Positions 1 to 9,833 of a DNA stretch of 64,000 bases are shown one piece after another. A program made the position numbers and the translations under genes. The DNA lies in assembly GCA_965222575.1 (NCBI GenBank), contig OZ244958.1:960001-1024000 (forward strand). Reading direction: 5' to 3'. Below the pieces are notes generated by a model that saw only the letters and a list, made by a program, of their open reading frames with translations, was not told the origin of the DNA and did not search any database. The first letter of the stretch is position 1. Each line of letters opens with the position of its first letter. This DNA is from Alphaproteobacteria bacterium (GTDB taxonomy: Bacteria; Pseudomonadota; Alphaproteobacteria; G965222575).

Positions 1-3000
1 TCCCTCCTCTTCAGGAGAGGTTACAGTAATAGGATCAACACCAGTCTCCATCGTCCACAATTGATAGTCTTCAAGCAATACATAATCAAAATCATTCGGC
101 ATCTGTGCCTGTCTTGTGCCTTCATCACTGACGGTATCTCTTCTCTTGTCTCTTCTTTTCCCTGTACCCTGTTGACCTTTAGCGGGAGCAGTTCTTAAGG
201 AAAAGTCGTATTTTTCTAGATTCCTTTTCAAATCAGTATTCCCTTCATGGTTCTCTCTCGGCAATCTATTGGCATCTAATACCTTCTTTTCAACCGCTTC
301 TACTGTATTATCATCATTAAAATCTACATTTACTATCCCATAAAAGAAGAGTTTATATTCAACGCATCCTAATTTATTGAATCTCCTTACATAACGAGGT
401 TCATTTGTGAAATGTATGCTAGACTTAGGGGGGATGAATTTTACAGGAACAGTTATCTCTTTTTGATGGATAACTTCTTGTAATTCAGAGGGGATTATAT
501 CCTTTCTATGTATATCACGCTTATTATATAGATAAGTTCTTGTCCATGTAATATAGTCTCCCTTCCTTGCTACCCCCTCTAGAACAACAATGTGTCCTGA
601 TTGGTCAGGTCTCAAAAGGGGCTTTCTACCCCAGCCTTCTTTGCTAGGAGAAGAATCAGAGACTACTTTATTCAAACTTTCATCAAAAGTAAAAATCCTT
701 TCATTATTTATCAAGACATAATCCTTATTATGAGGCATTTTTGCCTGATTATTAGGTATGTCAGTAAAACGTGACTGTCTTTTCGCTCTTTGTCCTTGTT
801 GACCCTGCGCTGGTGAGGAGGGGAAAAAAGAGGATAAGTTATCTTTCACATTCCCTCTAGGATTAAGATTGGCAGGCAACACTTCTCCAATAGTTGAACT
901 ATTATCAAAATCAAAATCTACACGACCATAGAACCTTAAATGATAAACAACATTACCACTTTCCTGAAGAATAATATTAGGATGTTGCAATGGGTCTTTG
1001 TATGGCTCAAGCATAGAAACTCCATTACGATCCAAATCTTGATTAGTAATAGTGTGATCAAGAATTTCATCACTTGCAACCGCCTGATAACCAATTTTAT
1101 CATTAGTTACAGCCTTAAAAGCAATTTTATGGGTAGTTACCGCATCATAATCAATTTTATCGGTAGTTACCGCATCATCAGCAAGTTTATCGGTAGTTAC
1201 AGACCCATCTGTTAAAGAAGCACCTACGCCATCCAATCCTTTAGCTCCAGTCTTTCCTGTTTCTCCAACATCACCTTTAGCACCATCCTTTCCTTCTGCC
1301 TTATAAACCCCCGCCCAATCTATTGCGACATTAGGTTTTCCGTAACCTACAAGGGTATACAAAATTCTTCCAGCTGCCTTATCAGGCACACTTGTACTCC
1401 AACTATCTGAAAGGTCGCTTACTGAATCATCAGCAAGAGTCTTTACTCTAACAAGAGGAGGTTGTGATAACACGCCATTAGCGTTTATTTGTTCTCTTGT
1501 TCTTGGTATAAGGAGCTCATAATTAGAGTCATCAATAGCATAATAAAATTGCATCTGACTTAGTCCATCAGTGCCTACTGTTCCAGCAAGACCTCTTAAT
1601 CCTGGTAGACCTACGCCATCTCTTCCTGCTGTTCCGTCTTTGCCTATTGTTCCATCATCACCCTTATCGCCTTTATCACCTACTTTATAAACTCCAGTCC
1701 AAAATACAGCAGTGCTAGGCTTACCACGCCCTATAAGCACCCATTGGGTTTTATTAGCGACAGGATTAGGTAATGTAGATTTCCAATCAGAGGTTGGTGG
1801 TAAGAGAGAACCATCAGAGCCTATTGTCTCTCTATTAGGTTTGCTTGGTGTAGGAGAGTCATCAAAAATACCATAGAAGCGAAATTGCGATAGACCATCT
1901 TGTCCATCATTACCATCCGTTCCATCTTGTCCATCTCTTCCATTAGTACCATCCGTTCCATCTTGTCCATCTCTTCCATTAGTACCATTCCGTCCTGCTG
2001 GTCCTGTAGGTCCTTTTGGTCCTTGTGGTCCTACATCGCCTTTAGCTACAGCACTACCAGGAAGACCTGTAGCTCCTTTCTCACCTTTCTGTCCTCTTGT
2101 AGGGAAAATACTTATCCATCTCACTTTAGACCTTGCCTTACCACTCCCAAACAAAAACCATAATACATAGTTGTTTGGTACAGTAAATCCTACAGTACTA
2201 ACACTTAATTCCCCAGCTAGTACTACTGCTGCCTCCTCTGGGGTTTCTTTCCAGCCTGTCGGAACATCCAAAACACCCTTAGCGTTAATGGGTTCTTGAA
2301 GGGGCTTTGTACAAGGTTGCCCTTCCTCGCAATACTTAAAGTAGACATAGTATCCATTACCATCACCCCAATCCCCTTTTTCTCCCTTTAATCCTGCCTG
2401 AAAAACACTGACCCAATTTACTGCTTTTCCTGCTGTGCCGTACCCCACAAGTGCCCATAGCTTAGTATTCGCTGCAGGACTAGGTATAGTATCACTCCAA
2501 TCCGTTACAGTTGGTAACACACCATCAGCACCAATTGTAGGTGTAGCCGCAGCAGTGTGGTCTGGCGTTGTACCATCAGCAACATTAGCATAGAGAACAT
2601 ATTGCCCTAAACCATCTGCTCCTGGTGTTCCTACTCCTGTTACTCCTCTTTCACCTTGCTTACCCGTCTCCCCCTTATCTCCCTTCTGAATTGGATAAGC
2701 TCCTGACCAATCTACCGCTTCTCCCGGTTTACCATGCCCTATAGCTACCCATAATGTCCTATTCGCTTCCGGGGTAGGGATAGTATCAATCCACTCCTTT
2801 ACTGCCCCTAATGCGCCATCATCGTCTATTGTAGGAGTCGCTATATTATCAGAATTCGGTGTCGTCCCGTCATTCTCAAGCTTGTAACGAATATACTGCC
2901 CTAAGCCATCTTGTCCTACACCATCCTTCCCATCAGTTCCTTTAGGACCCGGTATTAATGTTGCAGATTTTTTAATGTCCGATATTGTCTTTGCTACAGA

Positions 3001-3126
3001 GTCTACATTCCCACCCTCTGTTGTTACCTCTGTTGTTTTATCGCCATGCACAACTTGGTGAAATTTTTGTGCATCTGCCTCTGCAGTGGTTACAACTGTG
3101 TTAAGACGATTAGTTATACTACTCAT
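1..3126 (-). CDS. Collagen-like phage tail-fibre protein, paralogue 1 (3' end outside window)
   Basis: Missing from the ORF track because it runs off the edge. ATG at 3126 reads MSSITNRLNTVVTTAEADAQKFHQVVHG, like the N-terminus of 9834..12332. Segments translated near 1-180 and 720-840 are in the same frame and match 3309..9509. Confidence 0.9.
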   Translation of the reverse strand, partial: MSSITNRLNTVVTTAEADAQKFHQVVHGDKTTEVTTEGGNVDSVAKTISDIKKSATLIPGPKGTDGKDGVGQDGLGQYIRYKLENDGTTPNSDNIATPTIDDDGALGAVKEWIDTIPTPEANRTLWVAIGHGKPGEAVDWSGAYPIQKGDKGETGKQGERGVTGVGTPGADGLGQYVLYANVADGTTPDHTAAATPTIGADGVLPTVTDWSDTIPSPAANTKLWALVGYGTAGKAVNWVSVFQAGLKGEKGDWGDGNGYYVYFKYCEEGQPCTKPLQEPINAKGVLDVPTGWKETPEEAAVVLAGELSVSTVGFTVPNNYVLWFLFGSGKARSKVRWISIFPTRGQKGEKGATGLPGSAVAKGDVGPQGPKGPTGPAGRNGTNGRDGQDGTDGTNGRDGQDGTDGNDGQDGLSQFRFYGIFDDSPTPSKPNRETIGSDGSLLPPTSDWKSTLPNPVANKTQWVLIGRGKPSTAVFWTGVYKVGDKGDKGDDGTIGKDGTAGRDGVGLPGLRGLAGTVGTDGLSQMQFYYAIDDSNYELLIPRTREQINANGVLSQPPLVRVKTLADDSVSDLSDSWSTSVPDKAAGRILYTLVGYGKPNVAIDWAGVYKAEGKDGAKGDVGETGKTGAKGLDGVGASLTDGSVTTDKLADDAVTTDKIDYDAVTTHKIAFKAVTNDKIGYQAVASDEILDHTITNQDLDRNGVSMLEPYKDPLQHPNIILQESGNVVYHLRFYGRVDFDFDNSSTIGEVLPANLNPRGNVKDNLSSFFPSSPAQGQQGQRAKRQSRFTDIPNNQAKMPHNKDYVLINNERIFTFDESLNKVVSDSSPSKEGWGRKPLLRPDQSGHIVVLEGVARKGDYITWTRTYLYNKRDIHRKDIIPSELQEVIHQKEITVPVKFIPPKSSIHFTNEPRYVRRFNKLGCVEYKLFFYGIVNVDFNDDNTVEAVEKKVLDANRLPRENHEGNTDLKRNLEKYDFSLRTAPAKGQQGTGKRRDKRRDTVSDEGTRQAQMPNDFDYVLLEDYQLWTMETGVDPITVTSPEEEG

Positions 3127-3290
3127 GTCGTTTCCTTTAATGTTTGTTGTTCAAATGTGTGAAATGCCCTAAAGGCATTCCCTAAATCCTCATCTGTTAA
3201 AAGTTTTCCCTTTTCTTCACTTGAAGGTTGTGTATTGCCCCTCCGAGAGCCTCCACCCTACACAAAAAAGAGTAGGGGCTATGAAGGGAA
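3127..3290 (-). pseudogene. Eroded copy of the minor tail gene at 12329..12772
   Basis: DNA matches 9510-9830 (with deletions) and parts of 12335-12650, e.g. the NAF.AFHTF.QQTLKE-coding stretch and aagagtaggggct. Confidence 0.7.
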
Positions 3291-3308
3291 ATGAGAAAAT
3301 CTCCAAAA

Positions 3309-6300
3309 TTAATTTTCTAAAGCCACAATCCGCTTTTTCAATGTCTCTATCTGCTCTTGCTGCGTTTTTGTCTGCTCTTGCTGTGTTTTTATCTGATCTT
3401 GCTGTTGCTGTATAGCCTTTAAAAGAACAACTGATAGCCTGCTGTAGTCCACACTCTTATACCCCTCTGAATACTCAGAAGTGCCTACTAGGTCAGGACA
3501 AACCTTTTCTACTTCCTGCGCTATCAAACCATGTTCTACCTCACTAGACCCCCTTTGTCCTCCTTGTGGCGCTGGGTCTGGTATAATGTCATTCCCATCC
3601 TTATCTTTTTCAAATACAGGGTCAGGGATTTCCTTACGAGTAAATGTTATAGGACGAAGCTTTTTAACACAATCAAGACCATCCTGTACATCAGCTATAT
3701 TCTCCTTTAAGCGTTCATCACTGTTTTGCGTTAGTGTGCCTGTTAGAGTTAAGTTACCAGTAGTAAGGTCTCCTGTTAAGACCCTTCCTATGTTAATGTA
3801 ATCATCGGTTCCAGAACTTGGGGTTACTGCACCATCACCTATGCCTATGTTCCTATCCCCTGTGGTGTTGCTCAGTAAGGCACCAGTACCAATTGCCGTG
3901 TTATAATCCCCTGTGGTGTTGTTGAATAAGGCATTGATACCACTTGCGGTGTTAGAATGACCTGTGGTGTTGTTTCCTAGAGCAGCAACCCCAATTGCGA
4001 TGTTATTAGCCCCTGTGGTGTTGTAAAATAAGGCAAAAGTACCACTTGCGGTGTTAGAATACCCTGTGGTGTTGTTTTCTAAGGCAAAAGTACCACTTGC
4101 GGTGTTAGAACTCCCTGTGGTGTTGGCTGCTAAGGCACTAGTACCACTTGCGGTGTTACTATCCCCTGTGGTGTTGGAATATAAGGCACCACGACCACTT
4201 GCGGTGTTAGAATACCCTGTGGTGTTGGCTGCTAAGGCACGAGTACCACTTGCGGTGTTAGAATACCCTGTGGTGTTGGCTGCTAAGGCACTAGTACCAC
4301 TTGCGGTGTTAGAATTCCCTGTGGTGTTGGCTGCTAAGGCACGAGTACCACTTGCGGTGTTATAATACCCTGTGGTGTTGGCTGCTAAGGCACTAGTACC
4401 ACTTGCGGTGTTAGAACTCCCTGTGGTGTTGGCTGCTAAGGCACGAGTACCACTTGCGGTGTTAGAACTCCCTGTGGTGTTGCTTTGTAAGGCACCAGAA
4501 CCACTTGCGGTGTTATAATTCCCTGTGGTGTTGGCTTGTCCGTTCTCTGCCGAAAGAAAAGTATTATTGTAATCTGTTTTTCCATATGCATATTCTTCAA
4601 AGGTATCTGCCCTAGCAACTGTATATACATCAGTCCCTAGTTTTGCCTTTGTAACCGCTCCATCTGCTATCTTGCTAGTCCTTACAGCACTATCCCCTAA
4701 AGCCCCTACAGCAGGGTCACCTCTTTCTCCTTTCTGTCCTGCCTTGTAAACACCAGACCAAGTTATTGTCTCTCCCGCTTTACCACGCCCTAAAAGCACC
4801 CATAAGCTCTCTCCTACAGAAGGACGACCAGGAATATACTTAGTCCACCCGCTTACAGTTGCTAATACGCCATTAGAGCCTATTGACACTGCAGATGGCT
4901 CAGTAGGGGTTTGACCATCAGTTACAAACTTATACCTGAAGTATTGCCCCATACCATGTTGCCCATCTTCCCCAGCCGCACCAGTAAGCCTTACTTGTCC
5001 TCCGCCCCCGCCCCCGCCAAGTTGAACAATAGCATTAGGGTCAAGTTTGGAATATGTTATTGCCCCATCTGCTATTGTATGCTCAGTTGCTTTTCCTTCA
5101 TAATCTTCCCGTTCAAGATATGGATAAGTTCGTGTCCATGTAACATAATCCCCCATTTTTGCTATACCTTCCAAAACCATAATTATAGGAAGGGGAATGA
5201 ACTTATTAGAGGAGGCGGGTGCAATATCAACTGTCCTAAATGGATCTCTACTCCATCCTTCCTCCTGAGGAGAAGATACCATTCTTATGTCATGAGGAAA
5301 ATCCTGAGGAAACCTAGTATCAACAGTCCATAAATTAGAATTCTCTAATAGAACATAATCTTTATTATTAGGCATTTGTGCCTGGATAGGTACTAGTGAA
5401 ATCCTTCTCTTCCTTCTTTTTCCCTGTTGTGCTTGTGCTGGAATAGTGACATCCTTCCATAAATTCAATGCATCCTTTATATCCTCATTATTATTATGAT
5501 TAGTAGTTTTCCTAGGGGAGTAATTAGGCTCTAAAACTTTTTTTTGTGCTTCTGTTATAGTACCTGTAGTATCAAAATCAAAATTTACAATTCCGTAGAA
5601 AATTAACTTATGGTATTCGTTACCAGTTTTATCAAAAGTGATATAAGATGGAACTTCATTATCATAATAGTTGGTTATTCCATTTTCCCAAGGTTCAGCA
5701 TACTTCAAAGGGTTACCAATGTTTTCGTTAATAAAATAATCTAAAAACTCCCCTTTTTTTATGTTTTCCTGGTATAAGAAACCATCATTATAAGAATAAG
5801 TCTTTGTCCATACAATATAATCTCCTTTGTTTGCTACACCCTCTAGGACAACAATGTTTCCTGGTTGGTCATTTCTTAAAAGGGGCTTTCTACCCCAGCC
5901 CTCTTTGGTAGGAGCATCAAAATGTTCTAATTGACCTGTAGTCTCATGAACAGTTGCTATCTTTTCATTATTTATCAAGACATAATCCGCATTATTAGGT
6001 ATTCTTGCCTGATTATCAGGTATGTCAGTGAAGGAGGCTCTAGGCTGTCGACCAAATTCTCCTTGTCTTTTTCCTCTTTGTCCCTGTTGACTTTGTGCTG
6101 GGGAAGACTTAGTACTAGTTAATTCATTTTTCACATCCCCTCTAGGACTATAATGAGCAATCAACACTCTTTTTTCATTACTCTCAATTACACCATCATC
6201 ATCAAAATCAGCATTTATCCTCCCATAAAACCTTAAATGATAAACAACATTACCTCCTTCCTGAAAAGTAGTATTAAGGTTAGCTACTGAGTCTTTATAT

Positions 6301-9300
6301 GGCTCAAGCATAGAAACTTCATTACGATTCAAATCTGTATTAGTAATAGTTCCATCAGTAATTTTGGCACTTGTTATTGCTCCATTAACAATCTTAGCAC
6401 CTGTAACCGCACCATCAGCAAGTTTATCAGTCGTTATAGAACCATCTGTTATAGTAGCAGGGTCTCCCTTTGCTCCATCTTGCCCATCTCTTCCTGGTGC
6501 CCCTGGCGCTCCTTTTGCTCCTGGAGTTCCTGGATTGCCTTGTTGTCCCGTTGGTCCTTGTTGTCCAGCTTGTCCCGGTCTTCCTGGTGTCCCTGGAGTT
6601 CCTGGATTGCCTTGTGGTCCCGTTGGTCCTTGTTGTCCATCTTGTCCCGGGCTTCCTGGTGTTCCTGGATTGCCTTGTTGTCCCGTTGGTCCTTGTTGTC
6701 CAGCTTGTCCAGCTGCCCCTGTAGCCCCTGATGCTCCTATTGCTCCTGTAGCGCCTGTATCGCCTTTTTCTCCTACTTTATAAACCCCAGCCCAAGTTAC
6801 TGTACCAGAAGGTCTACCACGACCCACAAGTATCCATAACCTTTTATTTGCTCCAGAAACAGAAGCCTTAGCTTTCCAACCAGTTGGAGGTGATAAGGTA
6901 CCAGTAGGACTTATTGCATCTTTTGTAGTAGGTACAGGTGGCGTTGTCCCATTATCAACATTAGCATAATAACGAAATTGTCCTAGACCATCTTGTCCAG
7001 CTGCCCCTGTAGCCCCTGATGCTCCTATTGCTCCTGTATCGCCTTTCTCTCCTTTTTCTCCTACTTTATAAACCCCAGCCCAAGTTACTGTACCAGAAGG
7101 TCTACCACGACCCACAAGTATCCATAACCTTTTATTTGCTCCAGAAACAGAAGCCTTAGCTTTCCAACCAGTTGGAGGTGATAAGGTACCAGTAGGACTT
7201 ATTGCATCTTTTGTAGTAGGTACAGGTGGCGTTGTCCCATTATCAACATTAGCATAATAACGAAATTGTCCTAGACCATCCTGTCCCGCTACCCCTTGAG
7301 CCCCTGTATTACCCTGTATTCCTTGTTGTCCATCTGCTCCATCATCACCGTCTCTACCAGCTGCCCCTTTAGCCCCTGGATTACCCTGTACTCCAGTAGT
7401 GCCAGTAGCACCAGTTTCTCCTTTCTCTCCCTTAGTGCCATCACTACCGTCCTGTCCTGGATCGCCTTTAGCTCCTGGATTACCTTGTTGTCCATCTGCT
7501 CCATCATCACCGTCTCTACCAGCTGCCCCTTTAGCCCCTGGATTACCCTGTACTCCAGTAGTGCCAGTAGCACCAGTTTCTCCTTTCTCTCCCTTAGTGC
7601 CATCACTACCGTCCTGTCCTGGATCGCCTTTAGCTCCTGGATTACCTTGTTGTCCCGGCGCTCCATCAGTGCCATCTTGTCCTGTTAGTCCTGTATTACC
7701 CCGTATGCCCTGTATGCCCTGTGCTCCAGTAGTGCCAGTAGCACCAGTTTCTCCTTTCTCTCCCTTAGTGCCATCACTACCGTCCTGTCCTGGATCGCCT
7801 TTAGCTCCTGGATCACCTTGTTGTCCCGGCGCTCCATCAGTGCCATCTTGTCCTGTTAGTCCTGTATTACCCCGTATGCCCTGTATGCCCTGTGCTCCAG
7901 TAGTGCCAGTAGCACCAGTTTCTCCTTTCTCTCCCTTAGTGCCATCACTACCGTCCTGTCCTGGATCGCCTTTAGCTCCTGGATTACCTTGTTGTCCCGG
8001 CGCTCCATCAGTGCCATCTTGTCCTGTTAGTCCTGTATTACCCCGTATGCCCTGTATGCCCTGTGCTCCAGTAGTGCCAGTAGCACCAGTTTCTCCTTTC
8101 TCTCCCTTAGTGCCATCACTACCGTCTCTACCAGCTGCCCCTTTAGCCCCTGGATTACCCTGTATTCCTTGTTGTCCAACTGGACCTTGTTGTCCATCTG
8201 CTCCATCATTACCATCACCACCGTCCTGTCCTGGATCGCCTTTAGCACCTGCCGCCCCATCGTTGCCATCTTGCCCAGATAGTCCTCTTTCTCCCTGAGC
8301 TCCCTGTATACCTTGCGCTCCATCCACTCCGTCTTGTCCATCATTGCCATCTGCTCCACTAAGTCTAGTAATAGCATTAGAATCCAGCTTGTTATATGTT
8401 ATTGTCCCATTAGCAATTTGTCTCGCTGTTATAGACCCGTTAGAGAGATGCCCCCCTGATAGGGTAAAGGGGGTAACTTTAACCCCTGTTACAGCCTTAT
8501 CAGCAATTTTATCAGTAGTTACAGACCCATCTGTTAAAGCTCCTGCCTCCCCCTTATCTCCTTTATCGCCTTTAGCTCCTGGATTACCTTGTTGTCCCGG
8601 CGCTCCAGTCTCTCCTTTAGGTCCTACTGCTCCCTCTAGTCCTTGTAGCCCTTTATCTCCTCCTGCTTTGTAAACCCCAGTCCAAGTCACAGTACCGCCA
8701 ATATACGCCGCACCAGACAAAACCCATAACACCTTGCCAGTTTTTGGGGATGGAATTGTCTTACTCCATCCAGTAGGTAAAACTGGCGGGTGATCCATGC
8801 TGCTAAGGTCACCACTGTTATCTCTATCTATAAAAAGGTTCCTATACCACCATAAGGTATACTTATGATCATTAGGCACAGTAGGCGTTGACCCTTCATC
8901 AAATAGTCCATAATAAAAAATTGCAGAGCCTCCTGCCTCCCCCTTCGTTCTATAGACACCAGCCCAAGATACTGGACTAGACGGCTTGCCATCCCCTACA
9001 AGTACCCATAACGTTTCGCCTCTTTCAGAAGTAAGTACAGTAGAACTCCAATCAGTCGGAGCAGATAACGTACCATCAGAGTCTATTGTAGGTTTTTCAC
9101 TAGGGACAGGTGGCTTTGTTCCATCATCAAAATTCGCATAAAAACGATACTGTCCTAGACCATCCTGTCCCGCTGCTCCATCATTACCATCACCACCGTC
9201 CTGTCCTGGAGCGCCTTTATCCCCTGGATTACCCTGTATTCCTTGTAGTCCTCTATCTCCTTTATCTCCTTTTACTCCTGTTAGGTAAACCCCAGACCAA

Positions 9301-9509
9301 GACACTGCATGAGACGGCTTACCATACCCTACAAGTACCCATAATGTCTTATCTGTTTCAGAAGGAGGTACAGTAACACCCCAATCCCAATCAGTCGGAG
9401 GTATTAACACGCCATCAGCGCCTATCATAGGCGTTGCCGTAGGCACAGGTGGTGTTCTCCCATCATCAAAATTCGCATAAAAACGATACTGTTTATTAAT
9501 TGTACTCAT
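3309..9509 (-). CDS. Giant collagen-like tail-fibre/adhesin with Gly-X-Y tracts, 17-aa NTASG..NTTG repeats and C-terminal peptidase S74 chaperone (paralogue 2)
   Basis: Long G-X-Y runs, DGAVTxxKI repeats, S74 signature SDERLKENI...GLIAQEV...VDYSRL plus coiled coil. Start moved to ATG 9509 (AGGAG at 9516-9520); the track's 44-aa extension is pseudogene remnant. Confidence 0.88.
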   Translation of the reverse strand: MSTINKQYRFYANFDDGRTPPVPTATPMIGADGVLIPPTDWDWGVTVPPSETDKTLWVLVGYGKPSHAVSWSGVYLTGVKGDKGDRGLQGIQGNPGDKGAPGQDGGDGNDGAAGQDGLGQYRFYANFDDGTKPPVPSEKPTIDSDGTLSAPTDWSSTVLTSERGETLWVLVGDGKPSSPVSWAGVYRTKGEAGGSAIFYYGLFDEGSTPTVPNDHKYTLWWYRNLFIDRDNSGDLSSMDHPPVLPTGWSKTIPSPKTGKVLWVLSGAAYIGGTVTWTGVYKAGGDKGLQGLEGAVGPKGETGAPGQQGNPGAKGDKGDKGEAGALTDGSVTTDKIADKAVTGVKVTPFTLSGGHLSNGSITARQIANGTITYNKLDSNAITRLSGADGNDGQDGVDGAQGIQGAQGERGLSGQDGNDGAAGAKGDPGQDGGDGNDGADGQQGPVGQQGIQGNPGAKGAAGRDGSDGTKGEKGETGATGTTGAQGIQGIRGNTGLTGQDGTDGAPGQQGNPGAKGDPGQDGSDGTKGEKGETGATGTTGAQGIQGIRGNTGLTGQDGTDGAPGQQGDPGAKGDPGQDGSDGTKGEKGETGATGTTGAQGIQGIRGNTGLTGQDGTDGAPGQQGNPGAKGDPGQDGSDGTKGEKGETGATGTTGVQGNPGAKGAAGRDGDDGADGQQGNPGAKGDPGQDGSDGTKGEKGETGATGTTGVQGNPGAKGAAGRDGDDGADGQQGIQGNTGAQGVAGQDGLGQFRYYANVDNGTTPPVPTTKDAISPTGTLSPPTGWKAKASVSGANKRLWILVGRGRPSGTVTWAGVYKVGEKGEKGDTGAIGASGATGAAGQDGLGQFRYYANVDNGTTPPVPTTKDAISPTGTLSPPTGWKAKASVSGANKRLWILVGRGRPSGTVTWAGVYKVGEKGDTGATGAIGASGATGAAGQAGQQGPTGQQGNPGTPGSPGQDGQQGPTGPQGNPGTPGTPGRPGQAGQQGPTGQQGNPGTPGAKGAPGAPGRDGQDGAKGDPATITDGSITTDKLADGAVTGAKIVNGAITSAKITDGTITNTDLNRNEVSMLEPYKDSVANLNTTFQEGGNVVYHLRFYGRINADFDDDGVIESNEKRVLIAHYSPRGDVKNELTSTKSSPAQSQQGQRGKRQGEFGRQPRASFTDIPDNQARIPNNADYVLINNEKIATVHETTGQLEHFDAPTKEGWGRKPLLRNDQPGNIVVLEGVANKGDYIVWTKTYSYNDGFLYQENIKKGEFLDYFINENIGNPLKYAEPWENGITNYYDNEVPSYITFDKTGNEYHKLIFYGIVNFDFDTTGTITEAQKKVLEPNYSPRKTTNHNNNEDIKDALNLWKDVTIPAQAQQGKRRKRRISLVPIQAQMPNNKDYVLLENSNLWTVDTRFPQDFPHDIRMVSSPQEEGWSRDPFRTVDIAPASSNKFIPLPIIMVLEGIAKMGDYVTWTRTYPYLEREDYEGKATEHTIADGAITYSKLDPNAIVQLGGGGGGGQVRLTGAAGEDGQHGMGQYFRYKFVTDGQTPTEPSAVSIGSNGVLATVSGWTKYIPGRPSVGESLWVLLGRGKAGETITWSGVYKAGQKGERGDPAVGALGDSAVRTSKIADGAVTKAKLGTDVYTVARADTFEEYAYGKTDYNNTFLSAENGQANTTGNYNTASGSGALQSNTTGSSNTASGTRALAANTTGSSNTASGTSALAANTTGYYNTASGTRALAANTTGNSNTASGTSALAANTTGYSNTASGTRALAANTTGYSNTASGRGALYSNTTGDSNTASGTSALAANTTGSSNTASGTFALENNTTGYSNTASGTFALFYNTTGANNIAIGVAALGNNTTGHSNTASGINALFNNTTGDYNTAIGTGALLSNTTGDRNIGIGDGAVTPSSGTDDYINIGRVLTGDLTTGNLTLTGTLTQNSDERLKENIADVQDGLDCVKKLRPITFTRKEIPDPVFEKDKDGNDIIPDPAPQGGQRGSSEVEHGLIAQEVEKVCPDLVGTSEYSEGYKSVDYSRLSVVLLKAIQQQQDQIKTQQEQTKTQQEQIETLKKRIVALEN
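3850..4535 (-). repeat. 14 copies of a 51-bp (17-aa) coding repeat NTASGxxALxxNTTGxx
   Basis: cctgtggtg recurs every 51 bp from ~3859 to ~4522. Only 6 copies in paralogue 3 (~10335-10610). Confidence 0.95.
6700..7290 (-). repeat. Near-perfect ~288-bp tandem duplication within fibre 2
   Basis: cgaaattgtcctagacca at 6973 and 7261; the block GLGQFRYYANVDNG...VYKVGEKG appears twice. Confidence 0.92.
7320..8170 (-). repeat. Near-identical 162-171-bp collagen-coding tandem repeats
   Basis: gcaccagtttctcc at 7408, 7570, 7741, 7912 and 8083. Confidence 0.92.
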
Positions 9510-9810
9510 AATCATCTCCTTTAATGTTTGTTGTTCAAATGTGTGAAATGCCCTAAAGGCATTCCCTAAATCCTCAAAATTCTCATCTGTTAAAAGTTTT
9601 CCCTTTTCTTTCTCCAGAATAGGCCAGTGTAAGACCTTCAACGCTCCAAATAACGCCCATCCCAGCTTTCTGGTGCCTATAATGCTGTAGTTCTAACCCT
9701 CAAAAGGGTGATAGAGAAAGATTCTGCCCCGACCCCTTGATATCACTGCTTGTTGTGTATTGCCCCTCCGAGAGCCTCCACTCCACACAAAAAAGAGTAG
9801 GGGCTATGAA
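9510..9810 (-). pseudogene. Eroded copy of the minor tail gene at 12329..12772
   Basis: Encodes KVLHWPILE...NAFRAFHTFEQQTLKE versus EVLHWPLLG...NAFGGFHTFINQTLKE in the intact gene; the upstream part is broken. Confidence 0.75.
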
Positions 9811-9833
9811 GGGAAATGAGAAAATCTCCAAAA

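Noticed and set aside
9510-9641. 44-aa N-terminal extension of the 2110-aa ORF
   Set aside because: It is the relic 3' end of the duplicated minor tail gene; an RBS supports ATG 9509.
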